This document shows positions 28,271 to 41,881 of a stretch of 64,000 nucleotides of DNA, in pieces. Location of the stretch: the NCBI GenBank assembly GCA_013265495.1, contig MU058451.1, positions 479,023-543,022 of the forward strand. Reading direction: 5' to 3'. The stretch comes from Vicugna vicugna. Taxonomy: Eukaryota. A model generated the notes under the pieces. It did not search any database and had not been told where the DNA came from. It saw only the letters and a list, made by a program, of their open reading frames with translations. The position numbers were made by a program, and so were the translations under genes. Every line of letters starts with the position of its first letter. The first letter of the stretch is position 1.

Positions 28271-29087
28271 CAAATATATGTAAATATCCAATCACTGAGC
28301 TGTACACCTGAAATGAATATGTTGCATGCCAATTATACCTCAATAGAAATTAAAAAAAGAAGATAATTCTATTTACAATAGCATTAAAAAGAATAAAATA
28401 TTTAGGAATAAATTTAATAAAGAAGCCCAAGATTTTTACACTGTTAACTATAAAATTTAATTGAAGAGATTATAGAAGACCCAAATAGACAGAAAGATTT
28501 CTATGTTAACAAACCCCAAGGCAATCTACAGATTCAAGATAATCCGTATTAGAGCCCAGCTAGCTTTTTTGCAGGAATTGACAAACTGATCCTAAAATTC
28601 ATTATGGAAATGCAAGGCATCCAGAATAATCAAAACATGAAAAAAAAAAACCTAACGGGTAGACTCACATTTCCTGATTTCAAAACTTACTACAAAGGTA
28701 CAGTAATCAAGACAAGGGTGTAAGAATGGACATATCCATGAACAGAATAGAATGGAGAGTCCAGAAATAAATTCTTACTTTTATGATCTATTGACTTTCA
28801 ACAAAAGTACCAACACAATTCAATAAAGATTAGTCTTTCAGCAAATGGTGCTGGGACAACTGGGTATTAACATGCAAAACAATGAATGTAAAATGGTGCA
28901 GCCACTTTGGAAAACAGTTTAGCAGTTCCCCCTGAATGTTAAATATACAGTTATTATATGACCCAGCAATTCCACTCCTAGCAAAAGAGCAAAAAAAAAG
29001 GTATTCAAACAAAAACTTGTACATGAATGTTAACAGCATCATTCAGAGTAGCCAAAAAGTGGAAACAACCCAAATGTTCATCACTTA

Positions 29088-29124
29088 TGCAGTCAAATGC
29101 TCTCCCCTGAGCTATATACCTCCA
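29088..29124 (-). pseudogene. Retroposed 5' half of tRNA-Cys(GCA) (tailless retropseudogene)
   Basis: Minus strand reads GGAGGTATATAGCTCAGGGGAGAGCATTTGACTGCA, ending at the anticodon; flanked by TSD. Confidence 0.7.
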
Positions 29125-30349
29125 TTCATCAACTTACGGATAACAAAAACACAGTTATCATTCAGCCATAAAAAAGAATAAAGTATTGGTACATGCTACA
29201 ACACGTATGAACCTTAAAAACATGCTATGTGAAAGAAACAGCTGCAAAAAATCACATAATATATAACTCCATTGATAGGAAATGTCCAGAAAAGGCCAAG
29301 CTATAGAGACAGAAAACAGATGAGTGGCTGCCAGGGGCAGGGGACAGGAAAGGATGGGAAATGACTGTGAATGGGCATATGGTTTCTTTCTGGGGTGATG
29401 AAAAAGGTCTGGAATTAGATGCACAACTTCGTGAATATACTTAACCACCACTGAAATGCACACTTTAAAGGGTGAACTTTATGATATGTGAATTTTATTC
29501 CAAAAAAAGCAGTTATTAAAAAATATTACTGAGAGAAACAAAAGATAATCTAGGTAATTGGGAGGTATGTATCATCTTCATGGGCTGAAATACTCAGTTC
29601 TTCCTCAACTGATTTATAGATTCAATGTAATTTCAATCTAATACCCCAGTGAAGCTTTTTCTGCGTGGAAATTGGCCAAGATGAACTAAAATTTCTATGA
29701 AGTGCAAAGGGTCAGGAGTTGCTGACCCAAGTCTGAATAAGGACAGGGCTGGAGGATGTAAACCATCAGATATGAAGACTTGTAAGGAGCAAACCAATGA
29801 CAGACATTTTAACACGGCCCTCCTTGTGTTACAGCTCCGACTAGTAACATTACAAGCTGAAAAAACTACTGCACTGTCAATGCATTTTTGATCGAAAGCC
29901 AGAAGGAGAAAAGGTATCAGATGCAGACTCAAAGATGAAAGACCATTCAATCAGAAGTTATCGCAAAAAGCTGTTCCACTTGGGACTAAAGGGTAGATGA
30001 GAAGGGGCTGAAAAGAGGTTTTGTTTTTTAAATATGAGTAAGATTGTTCTTGAAAGCTCACTTTCCAGGTTAGTTATCCATTAAACCTGCCCACGCACAC
30101 GTCGGTCTACAGGGACTCAGAGTGATTAAGCGTGGAAAACCCGTGAGTTAAAACGTCAGGGGACAACCTTTAAGGGCGACAGCTGGCCCCAGGGAACTAC
30201 CAACTGCAGGATGGGGCAAGATGATTTTGTTTCTAATTTTGCTAAAAAGTAGAATAAATTTTCCTTCATAAGACATGATTATAAATAGGATCCCACATTA
30301 AAAAAAAAGTTTTCCACTCCAGGTTTTTCCCTGCTGACTGAATACAAAC

Positions 30350-30510
30350 CTGTTCCTTTTCTAGAAGACCTGCCTTTCGTCACTGGTGGTTTCTTCTTCA
30401 CTGTTGGTGCCTGAAAAGTAGAATGTTCTCTCCATCTCCGAAGCTGAAAATTAATGAACTTCCACATCATGAATGCCTGGGTAATGCAAATGGAGGCCAG
30501 AACAGCAATT
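30350..30510 (-). CDS. TRAM1: TRAM1 coding exon 10 ([53 protein letters not shown])
   Basis: 161 nt, CAG acceptor, GTTTGT donor. Confidence 0.96.
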
Positions 30511-30853
30511 CTGGGAATATGAAGAAATAAACAGAAAATCAGAGTGCACCAGAACAATGCCACTGAATACAGTAGTCCATCCTGCTTTTACAGTATTAAC
30601 TCAGTGCTAAACTCCCACTCTGTTGGCAAGATTATGTTAAATAAATAATCCCATGAATAATTAATCGCAGAAGTTAAATAAATGCTTTAGTACTTCCCCA
30701 ATTTAGACATGGAATCGCAAAAGGTGTGAAATTAATTATTAAATGAGTATCTTTCCTAACCCCCATCTTTATCCCTTTGTTTTTTCATATCATAAACTGG
30801 TAATACATACTACATAGTAGTGCAAAGTGGGAAAAAAGTTAAATTGACCATAC

Positions 30854-30997
30854 CTAACAGCCAACACATTGAAGTTTCCAGTACTGAAATCCAACTTCTG
30901 ATTCTCTGCTCTTGCAAGGCCAAAGCCAACAGTGAGTACCGAAAGAATTAAAGTCAGAAGTCTTCCCAAAACAAACAGAACTGCCCACAGAGAAAAT
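30854..30997 (-). CDS. TRAM1: TRAM1 coding exon 9 ([48 protein letters not shown])
   Basis: 144 nt, CAG acceptor, GTATGG donor. Confidence 0.96.
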   Translation of the reverse strand: MFSVGSSVCFGKTSDFNSFGTHCWLWPCKSRESEVGFQYWKLQCVGC

Positions 30998-31798
30998 CTG
31001 TGAGAAAAATGTCATTAAGTCAGATTATAAAACTGCAAAGATAAAAGATTCTAGGAGTCAGTACATGTATATTAAAACAGCATTTCTTACTGTTCTGAAA
31101 AAAGGATTCTGACATATAACATTTGGGAAATGCTTCATATTATATCACATTCTTGGAGATATATAACATATCAGCACATGTAAGATTCTAGGAAGTCCAG
31201 TAAAGAAAGATTTTTTTTGTTTAGCTGATCTCTTTTTTTGTGTAATACCAGTTAATGATCTTCAGAACTACTGGTATACAGAACAATTTTGGGAAATGCT
31301 GGATAAAACAGAACAAAAGCTATGCACACAATTCTCATGAGTCCTATTTTTGCTTCTTTTTTTTTTTTAAGGCTATACACTCTTTGTAAGGCCTACTGCT
31401 TCAATTTTGTTTTCAATTCAATCTTCTCATCAAAATATTTTAATATATTTAAGGCCATATGATCTATTTCAATTTCTTCTGAAAATCCATTCTTCCCTAC
31501 TATTCCTTCTCCAAAAGGAAACTGTGCACAAACAAGATAGAAAGTTATAACAGAAAAGTAAACCTCAAAAGCTCTCAAAATTACCAGTTCTAATAGAATA
31601 TCTTTCTAGTTAAGAAAGACTATTTTAGAGAACAAAATATCAACTTCAGTTGCTAAACAGTGTGATTTTATTTAAAGCTACCAACAGCTTATAAACCACT
31701 ATGACTTCCCACGTCATGGACTTCAGCAATAACAAGGTCCTTGGCAACACAGGCACTGACTTTAATTACACAAGAAAACAGAATGGCTCAACAACTTA

Positions 31799-31921
<123 letters not shown>

Positions 31922-32010
31922 TTACAATGAAAAGATTAATTATCAATTAAGACAGACTAACATACTATCTGCCCAGTCCATATTCCCACCCAGGAAAAAT
32001 CCCAACTCAC

Positions 32011-32081
32011 TTCAGAAGATAAGCTCCAGCAATGTGGAAGAGGTAAAGGCCAATGTAGACGAGCTGACGCGGAATATCTTC
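32011..32081 (-). CDS. TRAM1: TRAM1 coding exon 7 ([24 protein letters not shown])
   Basis: 71 nt, CAG acceptor, GTGAGT donor. Confidence 0.96.
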
Positions 32082-33220
32082 CTGCAAATAGAAAATTGCA
32101 CAATAGATTAAAACACGATGGCATAGTCCTGCTCCGCAGGGGCTGGGTGGCAGTGAAAATGCACTCTCACAGCAGCAGGAGGCCCACTGGCTACTCTGGC
32201 CCGCACCCTCCCGAGATGCTCACCCTAGCTGGCCACAGCTCTTTAACCTCTCCTGGCTTCGGCTTTCTCATCTGCAAAATGTGAATAACACCTGGGTTTG
32301 CACGTATTAGATGAACTCAAAATCCCTTGTAGGACTGAGATCTGTAGTTCTTTTTATAATAAACATGAAATGATACAATATTAATAACCATGACCTTCTA
32401 ATATGAAAATTGCTATGTTTATGCCAGCGGAGATGCTTTTGCTCACTTAAATCGTATTCAATTTTTTTAGCTCACACTTTTAGCCCCTTTCATTGCCAAT
32501 TAAATCATTAAAACTGAAGGTTAAAATTCATCTTCTCACTTAGGATACCACCTAATTGTATATTCTTCCTCTTCTTAATAACCCTGTAAGCTAAGGGTCC
32601 AGATTTTACTTTTGCTTCTCTTTTTCTCTTCCGTAGTCCCCAGTGACCTGGTTATCTTAGAAGGTGGTTTTCAAAGATGTAAGTCAAGTGGATCACGAAA
32701 CCAATTTTTGGGGGGGGTCACCCTAAAATCTTTTAAAATATGAAATAGGATAAAAAATGTTAGAGTGCACATTGTATTGTTTCATGAAAATCTTATTCCA
32801 TATTTCATACACACAATTAGCTAAAATTTATAGTTTTTCACCTTGGGTTGTAGTCAAAAATGTCTACAAAATATTAACAGTGCTAGGCCCAATAAACAAC
32901 TTATAAAATGTCTGTACCTCTAATTTCTACTCTATTTTGGCAATGCCTGGCATATATATATATAATAAGGCTCTATGAGCCTGGTTGGTTATTCCATGTA
33001 TTATGGCTCTAATTAATATTATTTAAATGGCGGCTGATGTCGGCAGACTGAACGGACTGGAACCTATTCGTCTGGAACCTCATTAGACTCATCTCTGGCA
33101 TATAGCACAGCTGAGCACACGCCTCTATTGGTCTTCCATTTTGCCCCCTACATCTCAGTAGTGAGTTATTTCACCAAATCTTGAGAAAGAACGGAGTTTA
33201 CAAGTATAGTTCTGAAATTG

Positions 33221-33222
<2 letters not shown>

Positions 33223-33265
<43 letters not shown>
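33223..33265 (+). repeat. T43 homopolymer (A43 on TRAM1 pre-mRNA)
   Basis: Direct count. Confidence 0.95.
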
Positions 33266-33268
<3 letters not shown>

Positions 33269-35572
33269 AAGCATGGTACAAAGATCAAGTGCTAGAAAGG
33301 TGGAACACACGACTAGAGTCCTGTACTTCGGACTCTTGGGGAAGACTCCCAAGGCATGGTACCAAGTTTACAGGGGTTCTTCCAACTGGAGTGAGAAATA
33401 TCTCTGAAAATAGACTGTATGAAGATCCACATAATTTTCAAGCTTCCAAAGAAATATTTCTCCTTAATTAAGGAGAGAGCGAGAAAAGTGTTGAGATAAC
33501 ATGCTGAAGTTCAACCACAAGGAAGCCTCTTAATTCTTTTATCATTTAAGCCAGCTCAGTAGTGTTATAAAAGCAATGTGATATGCTATGAATATAGAGG
33601 TACCACTATACATACATGGTATACATGTTTCCCAAAGTGTGGTGTATATACCATTCACATCATACAACATGATTTTAGATCGTACACAACAAAACACTTC
33701 AATTTTCACTGTAATTATAAGTAGAACATTTTAAGTTTCAGCAAGATGGCATGTCAGTGACTATGTATGGGAAATACTACCATATTCCTTCAGGTGTGCT
33801 AATCAATGTTCCAAATTTCAGAGGGGAAAATAATACTGGCGGGGGGGTGGTGGTACTCAAAACTTATAATAGAAGCTTTTTAGTTTAATTGCTGAGTGAA
33901 TACTAAACTCATTTCATTACATAAAAACTTGTGAAAGTCAATATAAAAAACTAATTTGCTGAAATAACTGCTGGAAAAATTATTTTACAGAAATGTAACT
34001 TCTTAGGAGGATTAAAAAAAGTTAAAAAAAAAAGAAACACAAATAAGTTTTAAATATATGTCATTTTGCAGACAACATAAGCTACCTATCTTTCTTCCCT
34101 CTCTCACAAATCTAAAAACACTAAATTATAAATTACAGACTACATTTCGAAAAGTCATTCGTTTCTTTTATTTTTTTTTGTCCTTAAATCTCAACCTAAT
34201 TGAGTCAAGGTTTTGCTTCCCATTAGTAACGAAAAACCCAGAGCTTCCTCCCCAATTCAGGTTCAACTTGCATCTTACCCTGCCTCTGATAGTCAACCAA
34301 TTAAATCAATAATGGAGACTAAAATGTATCACAGCGTCCATCTCCACAACCATCCGATGTCCAGCAAGAGCTCTGCCAATAGTTTTGTCTTCAACTTTCA
34401 AAAGGACAGAGAATCAAGAAACCTTTTTCTAAGTAACGTTCCCTTCAGCCTTATACAAACTGACCAGTGTCTCTAAAGCAATGTTTGCACACTCAAACCC
34501 TAACCAGAGAAGACGTAAACATAAAACGAGTGACAGAGATTAGTCCACCACAGGGAGTGGTGGAGAGTGTGGTAAACTGGAGAACACACACCCTAGGTTA
34601 ACAGCACTTCATGTTATTCTAAAAATTCAAAGGTAATGGGGGTGATGTAGCATGATTTTTAAAAAGAGAAATGTAATCTAGATTTCATTCAGTAAATGGT
34701 GGCCTTTAGCAGCCCCGTTCTAGGCCAAACTCCTCTGACACTGTCTAACTCTCATGAGGTTAGCCCCACTGGTCGGGTTGCTTCCATGTCTGAGGCCAAC
34801 AATAAAGACCTTGCCCAGCACCGCGGTCTCCGAGGCTCCCATGTCTCCACGGGGTGTGGGGATCGGGGACAGTTGACGAGGCTGGGTGAAACACCAGTGC
34901 TCTTAGAGGCCGTTTCTGGGACCAGTTCACGGGCCAGGTTACAGATCTCAGTTAGGGAGTCAGCGCCACTCAAGGCCAGCTCACCACTGTTCTAGAATCT
35001 AGAGACTAGGTGAGTATAAAAGTGGCTGAGAGAAAGCTATTTTGGTTTTCACGACGTTTTTGCACATCATGCCATGATTTTGTTATGTTAATACTTATTC
35101 TACCAGGAGCCAGAACTGAGGTTTTGCGTATTTATTTGTTTAAAGATGAATAAACTTTTAAAATACTTGAATAGAAAAAATATATAATGAAAATGAGTTA
35201 TTAGAAAAGCGTGGCCAAGCTCCTTAACGCTAGCAGTCAAATAGTTTATATAAGGATGATGTCATGCAGTGATGACTTAAAATTCTGATAGTCTCATTTT
35301 TCATGGAAAAATCTCAGAAACAGAGTACAAGTAAATCAAATTCTAAAATTATAAATAACTAGGTGACATTTTTATTCCAACATCTTTTTATTAAAAAGGT
35401 CAGCCATATGCTTTAGTTAATTTCTCTTTTTGTAAGAAAGTGTTTTTCTTAACTACTCTGTACTGAAAACAAACTTTAAACTGAGTATCACATGTACGCC
35501 CAAACACATGAAGCCATCTCATATTTAAATCTTTTCAAAGCTCTCATACTATAGGGATCTATACTGATTATT

Positions 35573-35645
35573 ATTATTTTTTCTATAAAGTTTTTTTTTT
35601 AAACTTTTTTTATTGAGTTACAGTCATTTTACAATGTTGTGTCAA
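35573..35645 (-). mobile_element. Very short L1 3'-end insertion with TSD
   Basis: ttgacacaacattgtaaaatgactgtaactcaataaa plus A tail; TSD tatac(t/c)gattatt at 35560-35572 and 35646-35658. Confidence 0.8.
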
Positions 35646-36636
35646 TATACCGATTATTTTGAACAACAAATACATGTTTGGGTAAGACACAGAGCCTGGA
35701 AACCTCAATCAGTGTCATTTCTAAATGGCTACTGAGGTCTAGTGGAGGAATCAAGACAGAAGCAATGATGTACTCTGGAAAGACTGAGATGATTCAAAAA
35801 GTAGCTTTAGCGATGAAGGACAGATATTAACAACAAAGCTGCACATAAAAAGTGTGAATATAACCCTCCTGCAGTAGGAGTGGGGAAAAAGCATTTTTCT
35901 ACTTTAATACAATTTAAATGATACGCGATTATATGTAGAGATAATTAAACTAAATAAACTGAATATCAGAAAGAAAACACTTGGCTGTTTCATCCACACT
36001 TCCCTGAAACTTCATATATTCAGGTTGGCTAAGAAATTACATTTTGAATCCTTTCCTGGGCAAAATAGAGATTGTGTATATTGAAGCATATATATTACAT
36101 GTAATTAAAATATTCTTCTTATAAGAAACTGAGTTATTTGTGACTAACACACCTCTTGAACCGCTACTAAGTGTTCCTTCATTTCTCTGTAGGATCGGAT
36201 CAAAACAATCAGTGCACCAGTTTTTTCCAGTAAAGAGTTCTTCCAAAAATAATTTTTATAAATTTTAAGAAACTGTTTAACACATATGCAGCTGTTACTT
36301 TCAAATTATGTTAATTACTTGCAACAGTTACTTTCAACTGTCATATGTAGGTGTTAAAAATAGTTTCAGTTAAGTTCTAAGTTATGCAAATTATTCCATA
36401 AAAATTAGATTGCATTTCTGGAGAAATGCCATCTGGCAGGAATTGATAAGAAATGAGCTTTGAGAACAAAAATGGACAATTATTTTTGAAATGTCCCTCT
36501 TTACTTACATGGTCAATGAACAAGATACAGACATATGAAACCCAGAGATATTGTATTATGCCTGTGAGTATAAAAGTACATGAGTTTTAAACATTTGGGC
36601 CATGGTACTAAGACATCAAAGAACTGTGATGGTCTC

Positions 36637-36810
36637 AGCAGTGCCGTCCAACAGAATGTTCTGCAATGAGACACGTTCCCTATCTCTGATCCAAAATGGC
36701 AGACAGTGAAACCACATGTGGTGAATGAGTGCCTGCCATAGGGCTAGTGTGACCAAGAAAGTGTTTAATTAATTTAAATGTAGCTAGTGGCTACTATTTT
36801 GGACAGAGCC
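36637..36810. mobile_element. MER3/MER33-like hAT remnant
   Basis: cagtgccgtccaacagaa start and ggctactattttggacag end. Confidence 0.55.
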
Positions 36811-38073
36811 GCTGTAGGACATTCATGGCTCACATTAGGTGCTTACTGAATATGGACAGGTTACTGGAAATTGTGAGCCTAAGAATTTTATCTTATCTTA
36901 AGACTGTTCTAAGTCAAAGGTTTGAAGGCTCTTCATCCTAATTCTTACAATCAACCAGAAAACATCTTACTTTATACACGGACTTCATACTTTATACATG
37001 GAATTTGGTGGTGTTTTCTAATTGTAGCAGACAACATTCATGATGACACAGAACACAGAAAAATACAGACATGAAACAGTAGTAATCAAGAACCTATACT
37101 CATAAATTAACTATTTGCAGCACATATAGAAATAAGCGTTTGTGGCTTTTGAGAAGGCAGGAATAAACTAGTCACCGGAAGGGTGGTTACACTTCTATTT
37201 TGGAAAACTTCTCAAAGTAAGGGGATTAAAAACAATGTTTTAAAAGTGGAAAAATGTAAAACACACAGAACAGAGAGTATAATGAACCCCCATATACCAT
37301 CACTCAACTTCATGGTTAACTCATAACTAAACTTCTCTTATCCACAGCCCCACCTACAGATCATTTCACATATGGGGGTTTTTAAAGAATCTCCTCCACT
37401 CTCAAAGAGAATAAAAGCGCCTGATTAATTTATCAGAGGGAAAAGGTATTCCAGAAAAGAGAACTGATGCGTTGGAGGATGTCCATGTGAATGAGGCACA
37501 AGGAGAGGGAAAGGGGCACAGAAGGGAGAACACTTAGCGCACAGGTGAGCAGCTCTCTTGTGGTTTGAAGCAGTAGGGAGCCAGTACAGGCTGGAGAGGA
37601 GAAAGAGTTGGAATGGAAGTAAAGTCCACTCTGTGACACCAGGGAAGCCTGACTTCGGAAGCACCGAGGGCGAAACCACAAAGGAGACGCCGCGGTGCTC
37701 AGCCGCTCACGGGCTGTTCAAACAAAACCAACATTTCCCCACTTGCTAAAACAAATAAACATTTCCCCCACCTATTTCAGGAAAAGCTTCACTGGTGAAT
37801 ATTTAACTATGGGTTACTTTTCTCAATCCTGAATTTTTCTTCAGGACTTATATATAGTACTATAAGTTGTAGACTAATTTAATTAAGCCTTTTGGTCTCA
37901 CTTGTGAAAATCATAAGAATATCAATAACATAAAACTAGTATCACATTTCAAAATTTGTTTAAATTTTAAATTAAATTACCGCTAATACAATTTTAAAAT
38001 GATCAATTAGCAAGTTAAATGTAAGATGCCCCTCTAAGTTAAAATGACTAAAGGTTTCTCCAATAAAGACTTA

Positions 38074-38403
<330 letters not shown>

Positions 38404-39961
38404 TCAGGATATACTAAGTAGCTACCTCTGTGTTATCATTTCAGGCCCCCTTAGATACCCTGTGCACTTTAAACCATACTCCAACGCCACTTCCCCCAGC
38501 GCCCCAGGGTCTCCCATCATCAGTCAGCTCCCCTGGATTAAACAGCACAAGTGAAGACGTTATCTGCAGAACCCTGCTAACACACGAATGAGCTGCAAGG
38601 AAACAGAGCCCCCATCATCCAGTGAATTAACACTGACGAGTGTGCCGCGTGAGCTGCTGAGAACGTAAGGAACGCGCCTCGAGGGAGACGAGTCTCAGGC
38701 CACTAAGGCTTCATCAAAAGGGACGTGGGAAGGGCAGGAAGACTGAAAGAAACATGAAGGTGCACAGATTGTATAATCCGAATTTCAAACAGCCCCTGGC
38801 TTTTTTCTTAGGGAACTAGAGTAACTCTACCTGGCTGAGACACTAAGAGCCCCGAATAAATGGAGGCAGCACAGGATTCAAGAGACGAGCCGGCCCAGGA
38901 GGCGCATCCGTCAGTCTAGAATCCCGTCTCCTCCCTACATCGCCCCCCTCTGCCCCACCCCCCGCTTTCTCTGCTCTCCCTCCCTCTCCTCCAAGGTCTA
39001 AAATAGAAAACATGAAGCCAATCTGAATAATCCCGGGGGGGGGGCGGGGAGACGGAGAAGACACAATCCCACACAAAGGTGGTATCTGTATCCTATTCTA
39101 CAACAGTTCACTGAATTAAGATGACGTTCAAGTTAGAGTGGCCCAGCAGAGTGGGTGATGTGCACGGCCGTGTTATTCGGCTCATGTCGCTTTGTACGGC
39201 TCGCACACCATGGTGCGTGTACCGCGCACTGTCTCGGTGACGCGCACCTACAGCCTGGCCCGACAGAGCACGTGAAAAGGGAGAGTTCCCTTGCTGTCAA
39301 GGCCCCTACAGTCCTGGTGAGCGTGGGCACGACAGAAGACTTACATAAAGGAGACAATTACAGAACCACCAAGACAATGTATAGATAAAATACTATACAC
39401 CAAAATGACAAATTCAGGAAAGGAGAAGCCAATGCAGGCGAAAAGTAGCAAGGACAACATGGACTAGCTGTACTGGAGTTGGGCTTGAAGAAGCAATCAT
39501 TTAGCTGCCGGCTTTGCAACCCCTGAGCTTCTTACAGCACTGAACAGAAGCCTGGGGGGCTGGGAAAATAAAAAAGAAGCCATCCCTGCCCTCAAGCTAA
39601 TAATGTAAGAGAATAAGAAATGGAAAGAGTAAGAAGAGACTGGGGCAAAGGAAAGGAGCAGAGAAATGTAGAAGACAGAGTGGTGAAGAGGAGAAAGGGT
39701 GAGGGAGGAGAAAGGGAAGACAGAGGACTCAACTAGAATTATGGTTAAAATCAGTTTTCTCAAGGTAACAGGTGTGTCGAAAAGACTATACATGTGAAAA
39801 AAGCACACAAGAATTTTTTTCTTACAGTAGTGGGACTGCCAAAGACATACCTATGATGTGAATCTGCCTAAGGTCCTAAAGACAATAACCAGAACAAGTC
39901 CTGCTTACAAGTGACATGACCATGGTCCTTAACTGAGGAAAGCCTGCTAAAAACGACTTAC

Positions 39962-40020
39962 GTCATCAGGTTGTGGGGATAAGCTCGCCACAAGATAGTT
40001 GGGTCTGAGATGTAGTTTTC
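39962..40020 (-). CDS. TRAM1: TRAM1 coding exon 5 (ENYISDPTILWRAYPHNLMT)
   Basis: 59 nt, CAG acceptor, GTAAGT donor. Confidence 0.96.
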
Positions 40021-41401
40021 CTGAGAAAGAAGATACAAAAATTAGCCTAACAAGTAGGCAAACTTCTTAGAAAATAAGACAGCATTTGTATTTCTTGCAC
40101 ATTTACAATTTTCCACATCAAGTTCCAAAGAGCCCACTGAAGTCACACTTTTTAGATGTTTTAGTTATTTTCAGTTCAGTTGAATTGCTGACTTTAGTGA
40201 AGTGAAAATCAATATGAGTGACATGATGTCAAAGAAAATGTAATTCCTGGCTTTCGAAATTCTTTCAATCCAGCAGAGGAAAAAATACATGTATGCAAAC
40301 ATACCACCACCAAAAAAAGAGGAATGGTACTTAACTGAGGTACTTCAGCTACCAGAGGGATGAATTTTGTTGTGGTTAATCAGGGAAGGGGGAGTGGTTC
40401 AGAAGAGAGGTGGCACCCAACAGGAGACAAAAGATCAAGGAGCTGCCAAGTTTTACAGGATTATGTCCACTTTCTAGCCAAATCTTTTTCTCAGATAAGC
40501 ACATCTATTTAGTGAGAATTACTGTATATGCATATAAGAAAAATGCTGGAAGTGATTTATCCTTAATATGTTCACAATGAAACATAACACGTTTATGTTT
40601 TTTTTTAAATGTACAAGATAGATTTTTTTTACAACAATACAGAAGTTTTTTAATGTATAAGATAGATGTTAGCTGAACTTTATATGCATCTATAAAGTAT
40701 TATTAAAGCAGCAGTTTAAAATGGAACAAGCACTGGATTGAAAGGTTTGAGTTTTAGTCTATCTCCAGTCTTAAGTGTTGTACTCTGGAAAATTCACTTT
40801 GCCTATTTATTCATCTCTAACAAGGTGATTAAAAAAAATTCTGTGTCCTGATAAACTCAAAAATATGTAAACTCTGGGCTTCATCTAAACTTAAAGGATT
40901 GGTACTACTAATATTAAAGTAGACACTATCTTTTCCCTCAGTAGTCAGAATGATACACTTAAAAGGTTTAGACAGCTTTACTGGAAAAGTCAATCAGTAT
41001 TTTAATTTCTCAGAAAATATCTGGACTGTTTTTAAAGAAGGAAATGACTGGAAACAGTGCAACTTATGTAACCTAGTAAAAGTGTCACTGACATCTTTCT
41101 GCTAATACAGATATCTGCAAATGACTACAAGATATGAAAACATTCAGACTGGCTAAAAATGAGTAAAGCTTTCTGAAACATTAAAGACAGTAGGCAATCT
41201 TTGGCATACAAAAACTAACTAAAAGAGAGGCTTACTGATGAAATTTGATTTATACTAGTTCAACTGAATTCCTAATCTTAGATTAAAACAGTACCAGAGG
41301 AAGGATTTTCTAAGGTTCACGGTTTGCTTATATAAGCATTAAAAATAGGACATCATTTTCGGTTCTAAGTATATAATAAAACACTTTGAGATGAAAATTT
41401 A

Positions 41402-41536
<135 letters not shown>

Positions 41537-41584
41537 CTAAAAATAAAAACACTTGTTAATAATTAAGATTATAAAACATATTTA

Positions 41585-41881
<297 letters not shown>

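Larger units (their letters stand above)
26174..29830 (+). mobile_element. Old, degraded nested LINE-1 fragments in TRAM1 intron 10 (antisense to gene)
   Basis: Recognisable ORF2 remnants (EN region, IDAKILNK, FADD region) with many stops and frameshifts; L1M-type 3' end near 29520. Confidence 0.88.

Noticed and set aside
30279..30349. Exon 10 readthrough past the weak GTTTGT donor giving an alternative C-terminus without KxKxx
   Set aside because: Possible in principle, but there is no nearby convincing poly(A) signal and no transcript evidence in the sequence.
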